NCBI GenBank assembly: GCA_963724765.1
Contig: CAVRVY010000004.1
Location: 1,096,606 to 1,160,605, forward strand
DNA length: 64,000 bases
Direction: 5' to 3'
From: an uncultured delta proteobacterium
GTDB taxonomy: Bacteria; Desulfobacterota; Binatia; Binatales; Binataceae
Below the pieces are notes generated by a model, which worked only from the letters and a program-made list of their open reading frames with translations, had not been told where the DNA came from and made no database searches. The position numbers and the translations under genes were made by a program. Of the stretch, positions 1 through 6,817 are shown piece after piece (positions within the stretch are counted from its first letter, which is position 1; each line of letters opens with the position of its first letter).

Positions 1-623
1 CCGGCAGGTTCCGCGAGGATTTGTACTATCGGCTCGCGGTTTTTCCGATTGCGTTGCCGCCGCTGCGGGACCGGCGCGAGGACATCCCGCTGTTGGCCAC
101 GCGCTTTCTCGCCATCGCAACCGAGCAGCAGCGCAAGCCCATCGCCGGTCTCGAACCGGCCGCTCTCGAGCTGCTGACGAAATACGGATGGCCCGGCAAC
201 GTACGTGAACTGCGCAACGAAATCGAGCGCGCGGTGGCGCTGGCGCGATCGAGCGCGAGCGTGGCGCCCGAGCATCTCTCCGCGCCCGTGCGCGCCCAGG
301 GCGAACTCAACCATGGCGCGCCGACCAATCATGCGGAGCCCGGCCGCGCCAGTCGAGTCACCGCGGCAGCGGCGGCCGTCCAGGCGGCGGCCGCCCGGGC
401 ACCGGCTCGAAGCCAAGAGGCCAAGGGCCAGGAAGCCGAGGGCCAGGAACCTACGGGCGAGGACGCCAAGAGTCCGCTGCGCCGGGCGCGCGCGGCGTTC
501 GAGACGAATTTCATCGCCAAGGTGCTCGACGAGCATCGAGGCAACGTGTCGCGCGCGGCCATCGCTCTGGGGCTCTCGCGCGCCTCGCTGCAGAAGAAAA
601 TGAAGGAGTACGGCTTGCGCTAA
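1..623 (+). CDS. Sigma-54-dependent transcriptional activator (NtrC family), C-terminal part; 5' end lies outside the window
   Basis: The ORF is open to the window edge. It contains GNVRELRNEIERAV (end of the sigma-54 interaction AAA+ domain) and a C-terminal Fis-type HTH, RGNVSRAAIALGLSRASLQKKMKEYGL. It ends in a TAA stop at 621-623. Confidence 0.85.
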   Translation, partial: GRFREDLYYRLAVFPIALPPLRDRREDIPLLATRFLAIATEQQRKPIAGLEPAALELLTKYGWPGNVRELRNEIERAVALARSSASVAPEHLSAPVRAQGELNHGAPTNHAEPGRASRVTAAAAAVQAAAARAPARSQEAKGQEAEGQEPTGEDAKSPLRRARAAFETNFIAKVLDEHRGNVSRAAIALGLSRASLQKKMKEYGLR

Positions 624-743
624 GTTGGCAGTGCCAAGATTAGTGGCATGCGACGGACACAAATGTATCCAGTCGAGATCCTCTGGAGGACAAATATAAC
701 TGAGAGATCAAGGATTTAGGCGAATCGAATATTGATCGATAAA

Positions 744-759
744 TGGCATTCGTTTTGCT
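744..759 (+). promoter_or_regulatory. Sigma-54 (-24/-12) promoter candidate
   Basis: TGGCAT-N5-TTGCT with exact GG-N10-GC spacing. It lies 121 nt after the activator stop and 131 nt before the ATG at 890. Confidence 0.55.
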
Positions 760-889
760 GTTGGGATGGGAGGGACGTCGGTGACTGTGACAATCGAGGG
801 GGGCTGGTTGGGCGGGGTGGCGACCGTTAAATTCCGACGTTCGGCGAGGCGCAAACTCCGTGCATAACGAAAAGGATCAGGGGGACCCC

Positions 890-1384
890 ATGGGCGTCGG
901 CTCTTCAAATAGTGGCGGTGGGCGGGAGATTCGGGAACTGGAACGCGGCCAGTGGGTGGTCGAACTATGTCGTACCAAACAACCTCGACTGCGAGTGCTG
1001 GTGGTCGAGGATGAACCCGATGCGCAAACCTTGCTGAGATTCATCCTCGAGCCCAGGTACGAAGTCATCACCGCTTCCTCGGGCGAAGAAATGCGCCGTC
1101 AGCTCGAGGCTTATCCCGAGCGCCTGAGCCTGGTCCTGATGGACCTTAAGCTGGAGGGCGACGAAGATGGAGTGACGCTCACCCGGCATCTGCGCGGCGA
1201 AGACCGCTGGAAAGGCATCCCGATCGTCGCGCTTACCGCCTGCTCGACCGGCGATGACTTGCGCCGTGCGATCGAGGCCGGATGCGACGACTACGTGCCC
1301 AAGCCGTTCTACCGCAAGCAGCTCACGGCGCTGGTTGAACGCCTAATCGATAATTCTCAGCGCTGCGAGGATTCCGGCTCGTAG
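890..1384 (+). CDS. Single-domain response regulator (CheY-like receiver)
   Basis: RVLVVEDEPD...LVLMDLKLEGDEDG...IPIVALTA...DDYVPKPF matches the receiver motifs. The ATG at 890 is preceded by AGGGGGA. The ORF track opens at a GTG at 860. Confidence 0.85.
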   Translation: MGVGSSNSGGGREIRELERGQWVVELCRTKQPRLRVLVVEDEPDAQTLLRFILEPRYEVITASSGEEMRRQLEAYPERLSLVLMDLKLEGDEDGVTLTRHLRGEDRWKGIPIVALTACSTGDDLRRAIEAGCDDYVPKPFYRKQLTALVERLIDNSQRCEDSGS

Positions 1385-1483
1385 CAGACCTACAGGAACC
1401 TAACCGCCGACTCCCCTTCCCGCTGCAGCAAGGGGAGTGAAGAGGTTCTGGTTCCGTTCTCGTTTTTCTGCCGGGCATTTGTA

Positions 1484-1514
1484 GGGGCCGTTCCGTGAAC
1501 GGCCCCCCTTTTCA
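1484..1514 (+). terminator. Rho-independent terminator
   Basis: A perfect 10-bp stem (GGGGCCGTTC, loop cgtg, GAACGGCCCC) is followed by CCTTTTC. It lies 100 nt after the receiver stop. Confidence 0.6.
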
Positions 1515-1897
1515 TGCCGGGCGGACTTGATGGTGTTCTTCGTCTGATTGACTTGGACTCGACTCCCGCATTCGTGAGGGATGTCGACAAACACAAAAAA
1601 TCGCTCTGCGTCGATTCTTCACTTCGGAAGCCTTCGTTCAGGACGACATCACAAAGGCTCCCTCTGTGTCATCCTGAGCGTCAGCCAAGGATCCTCCGCG
1701 AAGCGATGGATCTTTTTTCCCGCATTTATCCAATCCGTACATAACGCCTGAACGTGACACTTGTACGTAACGCAGAAGTGAATTCCCGACCCCAACATTT
1801 CGCGGGCGGGTGATTTCTGTTGGCGTTTGGACGGCCCGCCAATCCGGCGGACTTGAACGCGAGCGAGGGCTGTTCTAAAAGAGATCGACGCGGCGAT

Positions 1898-2212
1898 ATG
1901 AGACAGCTTTTTTCAAAGTCGGAACGGCGAGCCCTCAGTTCGGTTCTGGCCGTCCTCATCGTGTTGGCCAGCCTTCCATTGACCGCTGGCGTCGTCATCG
2001 CTTTCGGATCGAGCCAACCGGAATTCACCGTCAACATTTGCCAGCCAATCCAAGCGTTAGATCACGTGTCGAACACCATGGTTGCTCGCCCGGCTGCGGT
2101 CCTACGCGAGTTCGTGCCCTGTGATCTGGGTTCGGTCACGGCAGAGCCAACCGTTCGAATGATCGAGTGTCCAGCAACACCCGATACCCCACCCCCCAGG
2201 CAATCCGTCTAA
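1898..2212 (+). CDS. Hypothetical small membrane-anchored protein
   Basis: The ORF has one hydrophobic helix (LSSVLAVLIVLASLPLTAGVVIAF). It is on the same strand as and directly upstream of the OMP gene. I recognised no family and saw no clear RBS. Confidence 0.3.
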   Translation: MRQLFSKSERRALSSVLAVLIVLASLPLTAGVVIAFGSSQPEFTVNICQPIQALDHVSNTMVARPAAVLREFVPCDLGSVTAEPTVRMIECPATPDTPPPRQSV

Positions 2213-2321
2213 CAGCGTTCCTGCAAGCAACAGGCTTCTTGATTTGATTCGTGACGCCGCAGGCGTCGGGAGTCGAGCTTTCGTCAAGGCGGTCACCTCA
2301 ATGAGCCGCCGGAGAATATGT

Positions 2322-3335
2322 ATGAAATGGATTGGAGCGACTGCGCTCTCGTCGCTAACGGATACGCGTGTGCCCAATTTTTGGCGCAGGGCCGGACGTC
2401 TGCTGATCGCGGCCGTCCTGCTCATTAGCCTGGCGCCGAGGCTCGCCTGGGCCTGCGCTTGCGGATGCGGTGTTTTCGACGTTGGCACCCCCTCGCTCTT
2501 TCCTGCTGGTGCGGGAGGCACGGTGTGGCTCGAGTACGATTTCATGAATCAGTACATTAACTGGCACGCGACCGGGCCATCCTCTGGCATCAACAATAGC
2601 GATAAACAAATCAAAACAGATTTTCTAACCGCGGGCGGTCAATACATGTTCAATCGGAGTTTCGGGTTAATGGTGACCGTCCCCTATACGATCAGGACGT
2701 TCAGGACGCAGGGCACCGGCGACGAGATCGACCAGTACAACCATGCCAATTTTGGCGACGTGCGCATTTGGGGCATGTACACGGGACTACAAGAGGACAT
2801 GTCGCTCGGATTGTTAGCCGGATTCAAGCTACCAACCGGTGACCACACCTATAACGACTTTGATCGCGACACCTCGATTGGAACGGGAAGCACAGACCTT
2901 CTGCTCGGCGCCTTTAAGCAGGGAACCTTCCCCAGCCGGATCGGGAACGCCAAGCTGACTTTTCTAGATCGCCCTTTTTATTATTTTGCACAGGTCCAGT
3001 ACGAATATCCATTTGCGAGTACAGGAAACTACACCCCGGGCAAGGAATTCGACGGCGCGGTGGGCACCTACTACAACTTCGGCCAGGTCGGGCCGCTCAA
3101 AGAACTCGCTCCGATGCTTACGGTTCTCGCGTCGGTCCGTGGGCATGATATGGGCTCGGAAGCGGACCCTCCAGACAGCGGTTACGATCGTGTGCTGCTC
3201 GCCCCTGGGGGCGAAATCAGACTCGGAGTTCTCAGATTCTATGCCGATGTCGAATTTCCGATTTTCCAATTCGTGAACGGATACCAGTTGACCACTCCAT
3301 ATCTGATCAAAACGATTTTCAGCTACGATTTCTGA
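2322..3335 (+). CDS. Outer-membrane beta-barrel protein (MetA-pathway/transporter-like) with a Cys-rich mature N-terminus
   Basis: The signal peptide ends in LAWA and is followed by CACGCGVFDVGT. The rest shows an alternating beta-strand pattern and the C-terminus is ...IFSYDF (aromatic terminal residue). A GGAGA sits 6 nt before the ATG at 2322. Alternative starts are at 2301 and 2244. Confidence 0.6.
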   Translation: MKWIGATALSSLTDTRVPNFWRRAGRLLIAAVLLISLAPRLAWACACGCGVFDVGTPSLFPAGAGGTVWLEYDFMNQYINWHATGPSSGINNSDKQIKTDFLTAGGQYMFNRSFGLMVTVPYTIRTFRTQGTGDEIDQYNHANFGDVRIWGMYTGLQEDMSLGLLAGFKLPTGDHTYNDFDRDTSIGTGSTDLLLGAFKQGTFPSRIGNAKLTFLDRPFYYFAQVQYEYPFASTGNYTPGKEFDGAVGTYYNFGQVGPLKELAPMLTVLASVRGHDMGSEADPPDSGYDRVLLAPGGEIRLGVLRFYADVEFPIFQFVNGYQLTTPYLIKTIFSYDF

Positions 3336-3344
3336 GGATATGGC

Positions 3345-3908
3345 TTGAAAATGCGCCCAACCTTCTCAGTGCTCGCATTTTTGGTGATGATCCTGGCGAT
3401 CGTGCCTGCCTTTAGCGCGCTCGCCGCCGGCGAGGTTGGCCAGGCAGCACCGGCACTCGTGGTTCAGGAGCTAAGTGGTCAGAATTTCGACCTCGCAGCA
3501 CTGCGCGGCAAGGTCGTAATCGTCAACTTCTGGGCCACGTGGTGTCCGCCCTGCCGTGAGGAAATGCCTACCCTGGATGCATTCTACCGGCGTTATCACG
3601 GTGAGGGGCTGGAGATGATCGGTCTGAGCGCCGACCGCCCGCATGATCGATCCGACGTAATAAAGATGATGCAATCGTTCAGCTATCCGGCGGCGATGTT
3701 GGACGACGCCAAAGTCAACGGGTTCGGCGGCCCCAACGCGTTGCCCGTGACATTTATTATCGATGGCAAGGGAATGGTTCGCGCCAGGCTTACGCCCGAT
3801 GAAACGCGAGTGACGGAGAAAACCCTCGATAGCGTGGTACTTCCGTTGCTCCATCAGAAAGCCGCGGCACAAACTTCATCGGTTAAGAATTCGACCGGGA
3901 ACCCTTAG
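3345..3908 (+). CDS. TlpA/ResA-family periplasmic thiol:disulfide oxidoreductase
   Basis: N-terminal signal anchor and a thioredoxin motif, FWATWCPPCREEMP. TTG at 3345 or ATG at 3351 could be the start. Confidence 0.85.
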   Translation: MKMRPTFSVLAFLVMILAIVPAFSALAAGEVGQAAPALVVQELSGQNFDLAALRGKVVIVNFWATWCPPCREEMPTLDAFYRRYHGEGLEMIGLSADRPHDRSDVIKMMQSFSYPAAMLDDAKVNGFGGPNALPVTFIIDGKGMVRARLTPDETRVTEKTLDSVVLPLLHQKAAAQTSSVKNSTGNP

Positions 3909-3973
3909 TGCCGAGCACAAATGTTAGCGACCCGATGTGTGCCAGACGGGTGTATGATTTTTAAGTGATTCCA

Positions 3974-4363
3974 ATGAAGACGCTGATCCTCGCTGCTGCT
4001 GTACTGCTGACCGGATGCGCCACGACGAAGACCCCGCCATCCGACGTGGACGCGCGGGTCATGCTGCAGCAAAGGAAGAGTCACGAAATCGCCGTGCGCG
4101 AGCAGCAATGCATCGACGAAACAGAAACTCGTAGCAATGATCAGGTCGCGCGGATCGCGGCGGCTTCCGACCCCGATGAAGAAATGCTGATGCAGAAAGC
4201 GAACGATGAGCGAGATCGCGAACTTTACCAATGCAGGACGGCCGCAGATCGTGAAAATGATGAACTCACTTCCAGCGAACGTGCGCAATATCAGGATGAC
4301 GTGCAGGACGAACGCGATCGCAGCGCGCTGATGATGATTCTTACGACTTCGAGTCCGCGCTGA
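3974..4363 (+). CDS. Lipoprotein, acidic/coiled, unknown function
   Basis: Lipobox LLTGC after MKTLILAAAV, followed by a charged Glu/Asp/Arg-rich body with two Cys. Its last 20 codons are duplicated at 9512-9574. Confidence 0.6.
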   Translation: MKTLILAAAVLLTGCATTKTPPSDVDARVMLQQRKSHEIAVREQQCIDETETRSNDQVARIAAASDPDEEMLMQKANDERDRELYQCRTAADRENDELTSSERAQYQDDVQDERDRSALMMILTTSSPR

Positions 4364-4365
4364 AG
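4303..4365 (+). repeat. Left copy of a 63-bp imperfect direct repeat (3' end of the lipoprotein gene)
   Basis: Ungapped hand alignment with 9512-9574 gives 57 matches in 63 positions. The first 25 nt are identical. Confidence 0.75.
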
Positions 4366-4383
4366 TCTATAAGGAGAAGTGCG

Positions 4384-5061
4384 ATGCATTCTCTGCGAAC
4401 CGCAGCGCCGATCAGCATCAGCCTCTTCCTAACGATGCTGATTGTTCTCGCCGCCGCGGTGACTCTGATGGGTTGTCGTCCGCAGGCTCAGGATATTGGG
4501 GAGCGTGGAGGATTCGCGATGCGCGATGCCTCTGACTGCTTGCCCGATATCACCTTAGTCGATCAGCATGGCCGCAACGTTTCTCTGGCCTCCTTGAAGG
4601 GGAAACCGGTGCTGTTCGATTTCATCTACACCTCCTGTCCCGGACCGTGCCTTCTGCTCACAGCACGAATGAAAAAGGTCGCAGACCGACTGGGATCCAA
4701 ACTTGGAACGGACGCTCGTATCGTGTCGATAACCGTTGACCCCGAACATGATCAGCCCAAGCAGCTTCTCGCATATGCAAGTGCCCAGGGCGCCAATGTT
4801 AATGGCTGGCTGTTTTTGACGGGAACGCCCAAGCAGATCGAAGATGAGATGGCACGATTCAAGTTGATTCGCCAGCGTGAAGCCGATGGAACGGTCGATC
4901 ATGTTCTCGAATTCTTCCTGGTTGATGCGAACGGTCGCGCGTTGCTGCAGTACATGGGCGAAAAAGCCGAACCGGATCAGGTGGCGAACGACGTAGAGCG
5001 GGCGGCGGCAGGTGAGTCGGTAACGGCTGGAGATGGCGCAAACGTAGCGGTTGCCCTTTAG
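4384..5061 (+). CDS. SCO1/SenC-family copper chaperone/thioredoxin-like protein
   Basis: AAGGAG RBS, an N-terminal TM helix, the motif FIYTSCPGPC (CxxxC), and a downstream His in DHVLEFFLVD. Confidence 0.85.
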   Translation: MHSLRTAAPISISLFLTMLIVLAAAVTLMGCRPQAQDIGERGGFAMRDASDCLPDITLVDQHGRNVSLASLKGKPVLFDFIYTSCPGPCLLLTARMKKVADRLGSKLGTDARIVSITVDPEHDQPKQLLAYASAQGANVNGWLFLTGTPKQIEDEMARFKLIRQREADGTVDHVLEFFLVDANGRALLQYMGEKAEPDQVANDVERAAAGESVTAGDGANVAVAL

Positions 5062-5072
5062 GAGGTGAGCGC

Positions 5073-5675
5073 ATGAAGTCGTCACGGGCATCCATAGCAT
5101 CGTTGATGGCTCTAGCGTGTGTCTCTGCCGCAGCGATTCTTGTCGCTCGAACGCACGCCCGCGGCCTGACCAGCTCTGCGCTGACAATCAGGGCGGTCGC
5201 GCATCAGTGGTGGTGGGAATTCGACTATCCGTCGCTCGGTATCAAGACCAGCGATGTTTTGTACGTTCCCAGCGCTACAAACGTTCGCCTGGAGCTTGCC
5301 TCCGCCGACGTGATCCACAGCTTCTGGATTGCCGGGATGAAGGAATCCGTAGACATTCTTCCAGGCAAGACGCACCCGCTTGATCTAGTCGTCAACTCAC
5401 CGGGCGAGCTCTATGGAAATTGCGACTCCGGTTGTGGCTGTGGAACTGTCTGCATGCGATTTCGCGTGCTGGCGAGCAGTCCCGGGAAATTCGAGCGATG
5501 GGTGGCGCGCGAGCGTTTGCTTCGCGCGGAGTTCAAGCCGCCGCCCAAGGTTGACGCACCAGCTTGCGCCTTGAATACCGGCTACCAGCGCCGCTTGGGC
5601 CACAATTTGCACGAGAGTCATTTGCAACGGTTGCTTAATGGAGACGAATCAACTGGCAAAAGCCCCTCGCACTGA
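5073..5675 (+). CDS. Cytochrome oxidase subunit II-like cupredoxin domain protein with a non-canonical metal site
   Basis: AGGAGG RBS. HQWWWEFDYP and DVIHSFWI match the COX2 cupredoxin. The loop C117-DSG-C121-G-C123-GTV-C127-M128 replaces the CuA motif CxExCx3Hx2M. There is only one N-terminal hydrophobic segment. Confidence 0.7.
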   Translation: MKSSRASIASLMALACVSAAAILVARTHARGLTSSALTIRAVAHQWWWEFDYPSLGIKTSDVLYVPSATNVRLELASADVIHSFWIAGMKESVDILPGKTHPLDLVVNSPGELYGNCDSGCGCGTVCMRFRVLASSPGKFERWVARERLLRAEFKPPPKVDAPACALNTGYQRRLGHNLHESHLQRLLNGDESTGKSPSH

Positions 5676-5684
5676 TTTGCTCAA

Positions 5685-6257
5685 ATGACTTCGGCAGTGT
5701 CGGGGCGCCTGCCTCAAGCGAGGAGTTTCGGATCGCAGGTTCTGCGCGATCTCGGCGGCGTTGCAGTGCTCGCGCTCGTGGCCCTGGGGGTCGGACTCGT
5801 GATGAACCGGGTCTCGTCGCAGCCGCTCCCGATCGTCTATCAGACGCCCGAACAGCGGTTCGACGCCGAGCTTACGACTCTGGTTGCGGCGCCGCCGTTT
5901 AAAATCGCGCCGGCGGCAACTGTCGGGCTCGAGGAATTCAGTTCGGCCGTCAAAAGCAAGAGCGCGCTCATCCTCGACGCGCGCCCGTCTGTCTTCTTCG
6001 AACAGGGACATGTGCCTGGCGCGCTCAATCTCTCTCGCGACCGCTTCGCGCATGATTATCGGCATCTTGCGTCCGTACTGAAGCCCGCCGTTGATAAGCC
6101 GATCATCGTGTACTGCTCCGGCGGCGACTGCCATGATAGCCGGCTGGTCGCGAACGCCATGCTGAGCCTCGGCTTCAGCAACGTCAGCGTGTTTACAGGC
6201 GGATGGGAGGCATGGTCGGCGGCTGGGCTGCCAATATCCAAAGGCACTCTGCGATGA
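5685..6257 (+). CDS. Membrane-anchored rhodanese-domain sulfurtransferase
   Basis: An N-terminal TM helix is followed by a rhodanese fold, with active-site loop IIVYCSGGDCHDSR and the C-terminal GGWEAWSAAGLP. Confidence 0.8.
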   Translation: MTSAVSGRLPQARSFGSQVLRDLGGVAVLALVALGVGLVMNRVSSQPLPIVYQTPEQRFDAELTTLVAAPPFKIAPAATVGLEEFSSAVKSKSALILDARPSVFFEQGHVPGALNLSRDRFAHDYRHLASVLKPAVDKPIIVYCSGGDCHDSRLVANAMLSLGFSNVSVFTGGWEAWSAAGLPISKGTLR

Positions 6258-6706
6258 TGGTTCCCCAGGATGCGCGCCGGGACTACATCGTGCTCGGAGC
6301 CAGCCTCGCCCTAGGCGCCATATTTGTTTATGCGGGCATCGACAAGATACACGACCCGCTGCAGTTCGCTGACAGCATCGCTGCGTTCGGTATCCTGCCG
6401 GCGGCGTTCATTAGTTTGCTCGCGTTGAGTCTGCCGCCATTCGAGATCGCATGCGGCCTCCTGTTGCTCTGGCCTCCAACCAGACGGGTCGGGGCGCTCG
6501 CGATAGCGCTCATCTCTGTAGTCTTTTTCTCGGCGCTGCTGTCTGCGCTGGTGCGAGGTTTAACGCTAGACTGCGGCTGCTTCGGGATCGGTCCGCCGTC
6601 GCGTCCGAGGATGTGGCTGGAGCTCGCGCTGAACGTGGTGTTTCTCTTGGGCGCGCTGTCCGTTTATCTGCGCTCGATAGTGCGAGTGCAGGTGCGCGCG
6701 CCGTGA
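6254..6706 (+). CDS. MauE/DoxX-family redox-associated membrane protein
   Basis: Four hydrophobic helices and the motif LTLDCGCFG. The ATG overlaps the rhodanese stop (ATGA). The ORF track opens further upstream at 6203. Confidence 0.7.
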   Translation: MMVPQDARRDYIVLGASLALGAIFVYAGIDKIHDPLQFADSIAAFGILPAAFISLLALSLPPFEIACGLLLLWPPTRRVGALAIALISVVFFSALLSALVRGLTLDCGCFGIGPPSRPRMWLELALNVVFLLGALSVYLRSIVRVQVRAP

Positions 6707-6817
6707 GCACGCCTGCAATCAAGGTATGACCAATACGGCCCCTCGGGAAGCTTCGCTACGGGCAGGCATTGCATCGGTTCAACGAGCGTCGGCCGTCCGC
6801 CATCTTATGGCGCCCCG

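Noticed and set aside
1668-1696. gtcatcctgagcgtcagccaaggatcctc, which resembles a short intergenic repeat (translating to VILSEAKDL-like peptides) that I recall seeing scattered in many soil-bacterial genomes.
   Set aside because: Only one copy is visible in this window and the match is from memory. I cannot establish it as a repeat family member without a genome-wide search.
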